Shown piece after piece: positions 1-9,733 of a DNA stretch of 64,000 nt. The notes under the pieces were generated by a model. It was not told where the DNA came from and did no database searches. It saw only the letters and a program-made list of their open reading frames with translations. Location of the stretch: the NCBI GenBank assembly GCA_963788195.1, contig CAWBGA010000017.1, forward strand, positions 816,451-880,450, written 5' to 3'. A program made the translations under genes and the position numbers. Numbering within the stretch: the first letter of the stretch is position 1; every line of letters begins with the position of its first letter. The DNA comes from Nitrospirota bacterium (GTDB taxonomy: Bacteria > Nitrospirota > Nitrospiria > Nitrospirales > NS-4).

Positions 1-132
1 TGGCGCGATCGCCTGAGCAAGTCGCGGAGCCCGGACAAGTGGGGTGTTTCCCTCGCCAAGTGATATCACCGGCGTCTTCGCCGTTACGGGCAAGTAGGAC
101 CTGTACTGCTCAATGATCCCCCGCCAAGCCAT
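1..132 (-). CDS. thrC: threonine synthase, N-terminal part (runs off window)
   Basis: Manual translation MAWRGIIEQYRSYLPVTAKTPVISLGEGNTPLVRAPRLA; LGEGNTPL motif; directly downstream of hom. Confidence 0.9.
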   Translation of the reverse strand, partial: MAWRGIIEQYRSYLPVTAKTPVISLGEGNTPLVRAPRLAQAIAP

Positions 133-133
133 C

Positions 134-1522
134 CTACCGATCCTCTCCTTCTATACGGATGACTGTCGTGGGGGAGGACACCGCGGGCAGGGCGTCAATC
201 TCGCGGAGCGCGGCGCGAATGTTTCGTTCCACAGCCATGTGGGTGGTCATCACCACCGGCACCGTCTGCCCGTCCTTTCGCCCGCGTTGCAAGACCGACG
301 AGATGCTGATGTCATGTTGGCCGAGTACGCCCGACAGTTGCGACAAGACCCCGGGACGGTCGAGGACCATGAACCGGAGATAATAGAGGCCGGTGATATT
401 CTCTATGGCTCGGATAGGCAGCGGCCGGCGCTGATCGGCTTGAAAGCCTGTGGGAGGCACACGACCAGTAATTCCCATGCGAATGTTCCTGGCAATATCG
501 ATGACGTCGCTGACCACGGAGCTCGCCGTCGGCATGGATCCCGCCCCTCGGCCATATAGCATGATGTCCCCGACCGCATCACCTTTCACCTGGACGGCGT
601 TGTACACTCCTCCAACCCGCGCCAGAGGTGAATCGTTCGAAATCATGGTGGGATGGACGCGGGCTTCCAGCTCACCGGGGGCCTGTGCGTCCGTTCCCTT
701 GACATGAACCTCATGGCCGAGGCCCTGTTCATGCAGCTTCGCGATCGCGAGAAGTTTGATGGTGTAACCGAATTCCGTGGCATACTGGATATCCATCGGT
801 GTAATACCTCTGATGCCTTCGACATACACCTCCTTAAAATTCACGGGGGAGCCAAAGGCCAGGTTCACCAGTATCGCGAGCTTATGGGCGGCATCGATAC
901 CTGCCACGTCAAAGGTGGGATCGGATTCGGCATAGCCGGCCTTCTGGGCTTCCGCCAGGACCGTGTCAAAGGGCTGCCCGGCGTCGGTCATGCGGCTGAG
1001 AATGTAGTTTGACGTCCCATTGACGATCCCGTAAAGACTCAGCAGTCGATTTGCCGCCAACCCCTCGGTCAGCGTCCGAAGGATTGGAATGCCGCCGCAT
1101 ACGCTCGCCTCAAAGCCGATATCCACCTTCGCCCGCGAGGCCGCCTGAAACAGTTCTTCCCCATGAACCGCAAGCAGCGCCTTGTTCGCAGTCACGACAT
1201 GCTTTCCCTTGGCCATCGCGTCCAGCAACAAGCGCTTGGCGGGATCGTACCCGCCGATGAGCTCGACTACGACGTCGATTTCGGGATCATCAATAATCTG
1301 TCGCGCGTCGGTCGTCAGGATGTCGCCCGGGATGATGACTCCCCGATCGGCAGTAATGTTGAGATCGGCGACCTTTTTTAACACCAGGGGAAGGCCCAGC
1401 CGGCGACGGATAGGACCAGCATTGGCCGTGAGGATCTTGGCCACGCCCGTGCCGATGGTGCCGAATCCGATCAACCCGATTGCGATGTGATTCTTCACGG
1501 CTGGCCGAGTCGCACGCGTCAA
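134..1522 (-). CDS. hom: homoserine dehydrogenase with C-terminal ACT domain
   Basis: GFGTIGTGV Rossmann motif, [34 protein letters not shown] domain; start may be slightly downstream. Confidence 0.95.
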   Translation of the reverse strand: MTRATRPAVKNHIAIGLIGFGTIGTGVAKILTANAGPIRRRLGLPLVLKKVADLNITADRGVIIPGDILTTDARQIIDDPEIDVVVELIGGYDPAKRLLLDAMAKGKHVVTANKALLAVHGEELFQAASRAKVDIGFEASVCGGIPILRTLTEGLAANRLLSLYGIVNGTSNYILSRMTDAGQPFDTVLAEAQKAGYAESDPTFDVAGIDAAHKLAILVNLAFGSPVNFKEVYVEGIRGITPMDIQYATEFGYTIKLLAIAKLHEQGLGHEVHVKGTDAQAPGELEARVHPTMISNDSPLARVGGVYNAVQVKGDAVGDIMLYGRGAGSMPTASSVVSDVIDIARNIRMGITGRVPPTGFQADQRRPLPIRAIENITGLYYLRFMVLDRPGVLSQLSGVLGQHDISISSVLQRGRKDGQTVPVVMTTHMAVERNIRAALREIDALPAVSSPTTVIRIEGEDR

Positions 1523-2715
1523 TCCTGGCCTTCAGCCAATTTCAGCATCTTCTTGAACCCGCGAATCGCCTGCCGGGTACGATGCTCATTCTCGACCAAG
1601 CCGAATCTCACATGCTCATCACCGCCCTCGCCAAACCCAATGCCCGGCGAGACGGCCACCTTGGCGTCGCGTAGCAACAGCTTCGCAAACTCCAGTGAGC
1701 CCGCCTGCCGATACGCGTCGGGAATACGCGCCCACACAAACATGGTCGCCAAGGGCTTCTCAACTTTCCATCCGATGCGGTTTAAACCGTCTACCAGCGT
1801 GTCCCTCCGGCTGCGATACATCGCCACGGTTTCGCGCACACAGTCCTGAGGCCCATTCAACGCGATGATCCCGGCGATCTGAATGGGCTGAAAGATGCCA
1901 TAGTCGAGATAACTCTTAATCTTCTGCAGAGCGGCGATCATCTTAGTGTTGCCGACGCAAAAGCCGACACGCCAGCCGGGCATGCTATAGCTCTTGGACA
2001 GGGTGAAAAACTCCACTCCGACATCCTTGGCTCCCGGCACTTGCATAAAACTCGGCGCCTTGTATCCGTCGAAGACAATGTCCGCATAAGCCAGATCGTG
2101 GACGACATATAGGTTGTTCTCTTTTGCAAACGCCACCACTTTTTTGAAGAACGCCAGATCCACCACTGCGGCGGTGGGATTATGGGGAAAGCTGAGGATC
2201 AATATTTTTGGCCGCGGCAGTGTTTGCCGGAAGGCGGAGAGCATGTCCTCAAAGAAGTCGCCGTCTTGGCGCAAGGGAAATCCCCGTACCTGCCCGCCCG
2301 CGATGATCACGCTGTAGGGATGGATGGGGTAGCTCGGCGTCGGCGTCAGCACGACATCGCCCGGAGCTACCATCGCCAATGCCAGGTGGGCCAGACCTTC
2401 CTTGGATCCCATCGTGACAATGGCTTCCGTCTCAGGATCAATGCTGACGTCGTAATTGCGCTGATACCATGCGGAGATCGCGTGACGCAGCTTTGTAATA
2501 CCGCGCGATGCCGAGTAGCGGTGATTTTTAGGATTTTTTGCGGCCTCGATCAGTTTTTCGACGACGTGCGGCGGCGACGGTGAATCCGGGTTCCCCATGC
2601 CGAAGTCGATAATGTCCTCCCCCGCTTGACGGGCCTTCAACTTAAGTGCCTGAACCTCATTAAAGACATAGGGAGGCAGCCGATTGATTCGGAAGAATCC
2701 TTCATTGTGCGTCAT
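1519..2715 (-). CDS. alaC: class I/II PLP aminotransferase (AlaC / LL-DAP aminotransferase-like)
   Basis: [34 protein letters not shown]; typical alaC-hom-thrC order. Confidence 0.8.
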   Translation of the reverse strand: MTHNEGFFRINRLPPYVFNEVQALKLKARQAGEDIIDFGMGNPDSPSPPHVVEKLIEAAKNPKNHRYSASRGITKLRHAISAWYQRNYDVSIDPETEAIVTMGSKEGLAHLALAMVAPGDVVLTPTPSYPIHPYSVIIAGGQVRGFPLRQDGDFFEDMLSAFRQTLPRPKILILSFPHNPTAAVVDLAFFKKVVAFAKENNLYVVHDLAYADIVFDGYKAPSFMQVPGAKDVGVEFFTLSKSYSMPGWRVGFCVGNTKMIAALQKIKSYLDYGIFQPIQIAGIIALNGPQDCVRETVAMYRSRRDTLVDGLNRIGWKVEKPLATMFVWARIPDAYRQAGSLEFAKLLLRDAKVAVSPGIGFGEGGDEHVRFGLVENEHRTRQAIRGFKKMLKLAEGQD

Positions 2716-3017
2716 GCTGTTATGAGCTCACGAAATGAGGGGACCACTTAGAGAGGCAGATTTTAAGCCAGGAAGCGCAACTTGTCAAATATTCTAAGGC
2801 CTTTGGCTTCCTCGGGAGCATCCAGAATTATGGATATGTAGAGGGATCCGCTCCGGCGGTCAGCGCCGCTTCCAGAATCAGCACGCCCCAAAATAGACTT
2901 TACCTTGGGGCTGCGCTGGTTGCGGAAATCTATTTGCTGAAAGATGTTGCCCGGCGGAGCACATCGGTAATCAGGCGACTACGCGATCATCGAAAGAAAC
3001 GTCATGCTATATAGAGG

Positions 3018-3926
3018 TTATTTATGTCGAAGTCTCCACCAGACTAAGCCGGTCAGACCGGAACCCAACAGAAGAACCGTCGCAGGTTCAGGGACGGTGC
3101 CGGGGGTGCCGGGAGTGCTGGGAGTGCCGGGAGTGACTGGACCGGTACCCGGGGTGTTTTCACCCGCCTGCAAGATGGATATGAACGCAGCGCTATCGAG
3201 AATGGCGTCATTGACATCGCCTACTTCAAAAAGGAGCGTATGGGGGCCCGCTGACAGCTGAGTCGCGGTAAACGTCTGCAATTTCAGCAGGCCGTGGGGA
3301 TCGGAAAAAGCGGTATTCGTATCGGCCGTAGTGAGCTGAGCTGCGAAGGTGGCTCCGACCTGGACAGCATTGTTGCTTGCGTCGAATGAAATCTGGTTTG
3401 CCGTTCCTGTCCCGTCGAGAAACGCCAGGAAAGCGTCAGTGAAACTACTGGTAAATACGGGAAACTCCACCGACCCGAAGACGAACTCAAAACCGACCTG
3501 GCTGGGAGCACTCAGCGTAAAGTTAACCTGCAGGGCCGCTACGTCATTCGAGTCACTAAAGTTCGTTATGTGGCCGGGTCCGTAGGCATCAAACTCGGTT
3601 GTGCCACCCGCTCCCGTAGATGTACTGGGTGAACTTCCCGTGCTGTGGAATGCCGCCGTCGTTTCGATGACTTGGCCGCTTGACAACACCACGCCATTAC
3701 CGATGGTAACGGGCGAACTTGTGAAGCCTGTGTAGGTCCCGAATTGGCTTGCGGCACCATTATTAATCGTGACGCTCGTGATGGTCAGACCGCCACCACT
3801 TAACGCGTTCGCAAGGTCCGTAGGGTTGTTTGTCTGGGTGATGGTCAAAGCGGAGGCGGACAGAACGGTGGCGAAAATCGTCCCACATACCGTCGCGAAG
3901 ACGGTGCCTACGAATGTCTTACTCAT
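3018..3926 (-). CDS. PEP-CTERM exosortase substrate with choice-of-anchor L-like domain
   Basis: Signal peptide, S/T/G-rich body, TPG linker, C-terminal VPEPATVLLLGSGLTGLVWWRLRHK. Confidence 0.85.
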   Translation of the reverse strand: MSKTFVGTVFATVCGTIFATVLSASALTITQTNNPTDLANALSGGGLTITSVTINNGAASQFGTYTGFTSSPVTIGNGVVLSSGQVIETTAAFHSTGSSPSTSTGAGGTTEFDAYGPGHITNFSDSNDVAALQVNFTLSAPSQVGFEFVFGSVEFPVFTSSFTDAFLAFLDGTGTANQISFDASNNAVQVGATFAAQLTTADTNTAFSDPHGLLKLQTFTATQLSAGPHTLLFEVGDVNDAILDSAAFISILQAGENTPGTGPVTPGTPSTPGTPGTVPEPATVLLLGSGLTGLVWWRLRHK

Positions 3927-3987
3927 TTTCGTCGCTCCCTCTCGAGTAGTTAAAACAAAAGGTATTAAGTACCGACCGACCAGTTAA

Positions 3988-4003
3988 TACAAATTCTGTG
4001 CCT
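3988..4003 (-). promoter_or_regulatory. sigma-54-like -24/-12 promoter of the PEP-CTERM gene
   Basis: Minus strand AGGCAC-AGAAT-TTGTA (GG-N10-GT, near consensus) ~60 bp upstream of the start. Confidence 0.5.
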
Positions 4004-4481
4004 AGCGCTATCGTAATTAAAATGACTCGGCTTTATAGCTACTTACGTGTGCCGCGGAATATTTAACGATAACCGCCTATAGAGAAGTGTCTGTTTTTCT
4101 GACACACAAACGTGGAAAGAATCCCGATATCTACGTAGATCCTTTGCATTTTCGTGAAAAACCGATCAGTTACCGTGGACCTTACATGAGTTAAAGCTGT
4201 CGCCTTTCTGGACACCACTTTCTGCTGGTGTCCCCCCCTCGAGAACCATTGCTTCAAGCGGCAACGGCTGAAAATCGGCCAGACTCGGCCTGCCTCACTG
4301 AGCGAAGCAATGCTAAATCCGTCGCTTTGCTCAGCGATGACATCGGTCGAACCTCAAGACGAACTGGGGTCGGACTAGAGGATGACATGGGAGAATCTGG
4401 TGTCCGTCCAGGGGCGGCGCTAAAAAAGGATGTGCTATTATCGTCAGATTCGGAATTTACGGGAGCAGGCCGAAGAAAACT

Positions 4482-7286
4482 ATGGCCCGTCAGAACGAGC
4501 TTGTCGTCGTCGGCGCGCGACAGCACAACCTCAAAAACATCTCGCTGCGAATCCCTCACGACCAGGTCACCGTCATTACCGGCGTCTCCGGGTCGGGCAA
4601 ATCCTCTTTGGCCTTCGATACCATCTTTGCCGAAGGCCAGTGGCGGTATATCGAATCGCTGTCGACCTATGCGCGCATGTTTCTCGAGAAGCTGGATCGT
4701 CCCGACGTCGAGCGCCTTGAGAACATCCGACCGGCCATCGCGATCGAGCAGAAAAATCAGGTTCGCAACTCCCGCTCTACGGTTGGGACGACCACAGAAA
4801 TCGCCGATCTTCTCCGGCTCCTGTATGCCAAAATAGGCCGGCCTTTTTGTCCCGACTGCGGAACGGCGGCTCGTGCCTACCAGCCCGCAGACGTCGTCGA
4901 CGCACTCCTCTCAGAACATCTGGACGACCGCGCCATAGTCCTGTTTGCACTCCCGGTGGACTCCGCGTCGACACTCCATCTCCTCCTCCAGGACTTGATT
5001 CGTCGTGGGTTCAGCCGCGTTCAGCTTGATGAAGACGTGCTCGACCTTACATCCGATGCGCTCGACGTGATCACGTCAAGGTTGAAAGGCCGGTCTGAAA
5101 TCCATGTGGTTCTCGACCGGCTGCGCATTCGCGCCGAGGAGCGATCGCGATTAGTGGAAGCCATCGAACTCGCATTCCGCGAGGGCCACAACCGGTGTTT
5201 AATTCACCTTTTGGGCGTCGGGTTCCGTAGATTCACGGAAAGCTACGGCTGTCAGTCTTGTGGGCGCGTGTTTGAAAGGCCCAAACCCGCGCTCTTTTCA
5301 TTCAATCATCCGCTTGGGGCTTGCCCGACGTGCAAGGGATTCGGCAACAACCTTCGTTACGATGAAGACCTGATTATCCCGGACAGGAGCAAAAGTCTCG
5401 CCGGCGGCGCCATCGAACCCTGGACCAAGCCTTCCGCAGAATGGTGGCAGCAGCAGATGCTCCTGGGGTTCAAGCGCGGTGGCCTTGACGTCACCAAACC
5501 GTACGGAAACCTCACCCCTGAGGAGCGGATCTTTCTATGGGAAGGGACCATTGGGAAAACGGGAAAAGCGGCCGTCGAAGGCATCCATGCTTTCTTCAAG
5601 TATCTCGAAGGTAAGCGGTACAAGCTCCACGTGCGGGTCATGCTTAGCCGTTACCGCAGCCCCTTCTCATGCGAATCGTGTGGAGGCACTCGGTTGCGCC
5701 CGGAGGCGCTGGCGGTTCGAGTCGGCGGCCGATCTATTCCTGAAGTGTCGAACATGACGATCACAGAGACTCAGGAATGGCTCCAGGCGTTGTCCCTCTC
5801 CTGCTTTGACCGGGACATTGCCAAAGATATTTTGAAAATGTTGCAGCACAAGCTCGGATTTCTGAACCGCGTCGGCCTGAGCTATCTTACGCTCTCTCGT
5901 CTCACCCGGACTCTATCAGGCGGCGAGGCGCAACGTATCAGCCTTGCCACACAACTAGGCGCCCATCTGACCGGCACCTTGTACGTCCTCGATGAGCCCA
6001 CGATTGGTTTGCATGCCCGTGATACGCACCGACTTGCAGGTATCCTGGCCGACTTGGCGAAAGCGGGAAACACCGTTCTCATCGTAGAGCACGACCGGAC
6101 TATGATCGAATCTGCGGATTTCGTGGTCGAGATGGGACCTGCCGCCGGAGAGAAGGGCGGTGAAGTGGTCAGGGCTGCACGTTTCCCCGAATTCTTGGCG
6201 GATTCGCGGTCGCTTACGGCTCGGTACCTGAGGGGGGAGGAGAACATCACCCTTCCCCGCAGGCGTCGATCAGGAACCGGGCAATCGCTCATGCTGGTCG
6301 GCGCCCAGGAGCATAATCTCAAAAACATCGCCGTACGAATCCCCCTTGGGACACTGACTTGTGTGACCGGAGTCTCGGGCTCCGGCAAAAGCACGCTTGT
6401 CCAGGACACTCTGTATCGCGCGCTGGCCCGCGCCTTTCAGCTGGAGAATCTGCCGATGGGCCGATTCGAAGCCATTCGCGGCATCGAGCATTTACACGGG
6501 GTTCGTCTCATCGACCAGGAGCCGATCGGGCGGACACCACGATCCAATCCGGTCACATATCTCAAGGCCTTTGACGATATTCGGCGTCTGTTCGCGGCGC
6601 TGCCGGAGGCGCGCGGCGCCGGGCTCACCGCCGGAGATTTCTCTTTCAATACGACAGGCGGCCGATGCGAAGCCTGCCAAGGCACGGGACTGCAAAAGGT
6701 GGAGATGTACTTCTTTGAAGACATGTACGTGACGTGCGAAGCCTGCGAAGGCCGACGCTTTAAATTGCAGGTGCTCAGCATCAAGTATCGAGGCGCGTCC
6801 ATCCACGACGTTCTGAACATGACTGTGTCGGAGGCGCAGGCGTTCTTCTCCGACAGCATGTCACTCGGCGCCAAGTTGCGCCTGCTGTCGTCGATTGGTC
6901 TGGCCTATCTACGACTGGGACAACCGGCTACAACACTGTCAGGTGGCGAAGCTCAACGGCTCAAGATCGCGGCTGAGCTGGTCAAACTCCCGGCTGGCCG
7001 AAGGACGAAACAGCGGCTCTTGTACATCATGGATGAGCCTACAACAGGCCTCCACTTGGACGACGTGAAGAAACTCCTTGCCGTGTTGAACCGGCTTGTG
7101 GATGCCGGCCATACCCTGCTTGTGGTCGAGCACAATATGGATGTCATTAAAACTGCCGATTGGGTGATCGACCTAGGACCCGAGGGTGGAGAGATGGGCG
7201 GCGAGGTCGTCGCCATGGGGACGCCGGAGGAAGTGATGGTGGAGCGCGCTTCGCACACCGGCCACGCGCTAAAAGCTTACCTCTGA
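4482..7286 (+). CDS. uvrA: excinuclease ABC subunit A
   Basis: GARQHNLKN, two Walker A motifs (GVSGSGKS), LSGGEAQR signatures, Zn fingers. Confidence 0.95.
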   Translation: MARQNELVVVGARQHNLKNISLRIPHDQVTVITGVSGSGKSSLAFDTIFAEGQWRYIESLSTYARMFLEKLDRPDVERLENIRPAIAIEQKNQVRNSRSTVGTTTEIADLLRLLYAKIGRPFCPDCGTAARAYQPADVVDALLSEHLDDRAIVLFALPVDSASTLHLLLQDLIRRGFSRVQLDEDVLDLTSDALDVITSRLKGRSEIHVVLDRLRIRAEERSRLVEAIELAFREGHNRCLIHLLGVGFRRFTESYGCQSCGRVFERPKPALFSFNHPLGACPTCKGFGNNLRYDEDLIIPDRSKSLAGGAIEPWTKPSAEWWQQQMLLGFKRGGLDVTKPYGNLTPEERIFLWEGTIGKTGKAAVEGIHAFFKYLEGKRYKLHVRVMLSRYRSPFSCESCGGTRLRPEALAVRVGGRSIPEVSNMTITETQEWLQALSLSCFDRDIAKDILKMLQHKLGFLNRVGLSYLTLSRLTRTLSGGEAQRISLATQLGAHLTGTLYVLDEPTIGLHARDTHRLAGILADLAKAGNTVLIVEHDRTMIESADFVVEMGPAAGEKGGEVVRAARFPEFLADSRSLTARYLRGEENITLPRRRRSGTGQSLMLVGAQEHNLKNIAVRIPLGTLTCVTGVSGSGKSTLVQDTLYRALARAFQLENLPMGRFEAIRGIEHLHGVRLIDQEPIGRTPRSNPVTYLKAFDDIRRLFAALPEARGAGLTAGDFSFNTTGGRCEACQGTGLQKVEMYFFEDMYVTCEACEGRRFKLQVLSIKYRGASIHDVLNMTVSEAQAFFSDSMSLGAKLRLLSSIGLAYLRLGQPATTLSGGEAQRLKIAAELVKLPAGRRTKQRLLYIMDEPTTGLHLDDVKKLLAVLNRLVDAGHTLLVVEHNMDVIKTADWVIDLGPEGGEMGGEVVAMGTPEEVMVERASHTGHALKAYL

Positions 7287-7300
7287 TCACGGGTCCTGGC

Positions 7301-7361
7301 GTACTTCGACAAGCTCAGCACGTTCGGAAGGAAACCGTTCGCCCTGAGCCTGTCGAAGGGC
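7301..7361. repeat. REP-like imperfect inverted repeat
   Basis: CTTCGACAAGCTCAGCACGTTCGG (7304-7327) pairs imperfectly with CCGTTCGCCCTGAGCCTGTCGAAG (7335-7358), just after the uvrA stop. Confidence 0.7.
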
Positions 7362-7371
7362 GCTGCGCCCA

Positions 7372-7413
7372 GAGGAAAAGGACGCGTCTCGGCGCGTCCG
7401 GGGCGGGAGGGTG
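7372..7413 (-). repeat. covarying-hairpin element, single copy
   Basis: Minus strand CACCCTCCCGCCCC-GGACGCG-CCGAGA-CGCGTCC-TTTTCCTC. Confidence 0.85.
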
Positions 7414-7511
7414 TAAAAGACCACTCGGCGCCACCCGCTTATTGATCCAGGATCGTTACGCCCTGCTTTAGTGGCTCCACAATGAACTCCAAGAGTAAGT
7501 AAGGAGATGGC

Positions 7512-9194
7512 TCAGGATTGATTAAGCATCTCCTTCGCGGTTTCACGAATCTTGGGGGTAATGGTGGCGCCGCCGAGCATGCGCGCGATCTCATCCACGC
7601 GCGTAACCTTGTCCAACGCCGTCACATTGGTCACCGTGCGCCCGCCTTTGATCACTTTCGACACCGCGAAATGGGATTTTGCCTGCACCGCAATGGGCGC
7701 GAGATGCGTGATGCAGAAGACTTGATGGCCGGCCTGGCTCAGCTGCTTCAGCCGCTTGCCGACGACTTCCGCCACGGCGCCCCCGATGCCGGCGTCCACC
7801 TCATCAAAAACGAGAACCGGCACCTGGTCCAGCGCCGCCAGAGTACTTTTGATCGCGAGCATCACGCGCGACAGCTCCCCGCCGGAGGCGATGCGACTCA
7901 GGGGCTGCGGAGGCTCTCCAACATTTGCCGAGAAAAGGAACTGCACCGCGTCCAGGCCGGTGGACTGCAACCCGGAAGCTGCATTGTCGCTCGGCTGCTC
8001 CACGATGATTCGGACCCGCGCTCGCTCCATGTGTAAGGCCTTCAACTCCTTCTCGAGCCGCTGTTCAAGGTCCGCGGCCGCTTTCACGCGCTTTCGTGAC
8101 AACCCTTCCGCCTGCTTGCGGGCCATGGTGGAGACCTCCATCACCTCAGCAGAGAGCCGGTCCAGGTCGGCGTCCAGATTCTCGACCTCGTGAAGCTGCT
8201 GCTCGGCCTCACGACCCCGCCCCATGATCTCCTCTACGGAACCACCGTATTTCTTCATGAGCCGGTGGAGAAGATCCAAACGTTCCTCGATTTTGTCCAA
8301 TCGCTCCGGGTCGAAGTCCAGGCGATCCCGATAGTCCCTCAATCGGTGCGCGAGATCAGCCATCTCGGTGACGACCGATTCAAACCGCTCCCGATCGGCG
8401 AGAAGCTCCGTATCAATGGCCGCGATGTCTTTGAAGGGCCCGGCAAGCGCCCGCAATCCTTCGAGAACTGAGGGTTCCTCCTCGTCGAGGGGGCCATAGA
8501 TCTGCTGAACGAGTTCTGCCAGGCGTCGACCTTCAGAGAGCAACAGACGCTCGTGCTCAAGTTCGCGATCCTCGCCGGCACGTAAATGAGCTCCGGTGAT
8601 TTCATCAACCTGGTGGCGCAAAAAATCCTCGCTCGCCTGTCGCTCTGTTCTCAGTCTTTGCGCATCCTCCAGTCGTCTGTTCAGCTCCCGCATCGTGGCA
8701 AAGAGAGCGGCATACTGGGTCCGCGCCTCCATCAGGCCACCAAAGGCATCAAGCAACTCCAGTTGCACAGCGGGTTTGAAGAGAGATTGCTGATCGTGCT
8801 GGCCGTGGATGTCTATGAGAAGCCCGCGTAGAGCCTGGAGCACACCAAGCGATGCCGGATGGCCATTCACATGTATGCGATGGCGCCCGGAGCGAGCAAG
8901 AATACGCCGAAGGATGAGTTCCGTTTCCGGCAGGCCGAGAAGATCCTGGGCCTTCAGCATGGCGACGACTTGGCCGTCGTGTGGGAGGTTAAAAACCGCC
9001 GACACCTCGGCTTCCTCGGCGCCTGTTCGAATCAGGTCAGCCGAGGCGCGCCCGCCAATGAGAAGATCCAGGGCATCGACCAGGATGGACTTTCCGGCGC
9101 CGGTCTCACCGGTCAGGACAGTAAAGCCCTCTGAGAATTCGAGCCCGACCTCCTCTACAATTGCGAAGTTCCGGATGCGGAGCTCGGTCAGCAC
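7512..9194 (-). CDS. recN: DNA repair protein RecN
   Basis: LTGETGAGKSI, IHGQHDQQ, ASGGELSR, FDEVDAGIGG. Confidence 0.95.
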   Translation of the reverse strand: MLTELRIRNFAIVEEVGLEFSEGFTVLTGETGAGKSILVDALDLLIGGRASADLIRTGAEEAEVSAVFNLPHDGQVVAMLKAQDLLGLPETELILRRILARSGRHRIHVNGHPASLGVLQALRGLLIDIHGQHDQQSLFKPAVQLELLDAFGGLMEARTQYAALFATMRELNRRLEDAQRLRTERQASEDFLRHQVDEITGAHLRAGEDRELEHERLLLSEGRRLAELVQQIYGPLDEEEPSVLEGLRALAGPFKDIAAIDTELLADRERFESVVTEMADLAHRLRDYRDRLDFDPERLDKIEERLDLLHRLMKKYGGSVEEIMGRGREAEQQLHEVENLDADLDRLSAEVMEVSTMARKQAEGLSRKRVKAAADLEQRLEKELKALHMERARVRIIVEQPSDNAASGLQSTGLDAVQFLFSANVGEPPQPLSRIASGGELSRVMLAIKSTLAALDQVPVLVFDEVDAGIGGAVAEVVGKRLKQLSQAGHQVFCITHLAPIAVQAKSHFAVSKVIKGGRTVTNVTALDKVTRVDEIARMLGGATITPKIRETAKEMLNQS

Positions 9195-9203
9195 ATGGTT
9201 GAC

Positions 9204-9539
9204 TTACGCAGCAGGCGCCAGCAGTCGGTCGATAGCGTCTTTGAGGATCTTTTTGGGGACGGCCCCGACGACCTTATCCACCGCTTCGCCGCCTTTGAAA
9301 AAGAGCAGGGTGGGAATGCTCATAATCCCGTAGCGACTCGCGACGTCCGGATTCTCATCCGTGTTGAGCTTCATCACCTTGAGCTTGCCGTTATACTCCG
9401 TAGCAAGCTCGTCTACGATGGGGCCCACCATCTGGCACGGCCCGCACCACACCGCCCAAAAATCGACCAGGACGAGGCCCTGGGCCTTGTCAACTTCCGC
9501 GCTCCAGGTCGCGGAGCTCACAGGGGTAGCCTTACTCAC
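9204..9539 (-). CDS. trxA: thioredoxin
   Basis: WCGPC active site; GTG start at 9539 after GGAGGT SD (longer ORF-track start is spurious). Confidence 0.93.
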   Translation of the reverse strand: MSKATPVSSATWSAEVDKAQGLVLVDFWAVWCGPCQMVGPIVDELATEYNGKLKVMKLNTDENPDVASRYGIMSIPTLLFFKGGEAVDKVVGAVPKKILKDAIDRLLAPAA

Positions 9540-9646
9540 GATGTTACCTCCGAAGGTTGCTAATGATGATGGTTGTTCTCGTGGAAATCCTAGCCCACGC
9601 ATCCAAACCCTGTCAATGTCGGACATTCTCCTCTCGGAGCAGAGAT

Positions 9647-9729
9647 AAAATGGGGTCAGACTCGATTTTTTCGTTGAGTCCATCCCACCCAGCGCCAAGC
9701 TTCCGAGAAATCGAGTCTGACCCCATTTT
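9647..9729. repeat. 22 bp perfect inverted repeat with 39 bp spacer (REP/REPIN-like)
   Basis: AAAATGGGGTCAGACTCGATTT (9647-9668) and its exact reverse complement (9708-9729). Confidence 0.85.
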
Positions 9730-9733
9730 CTTC

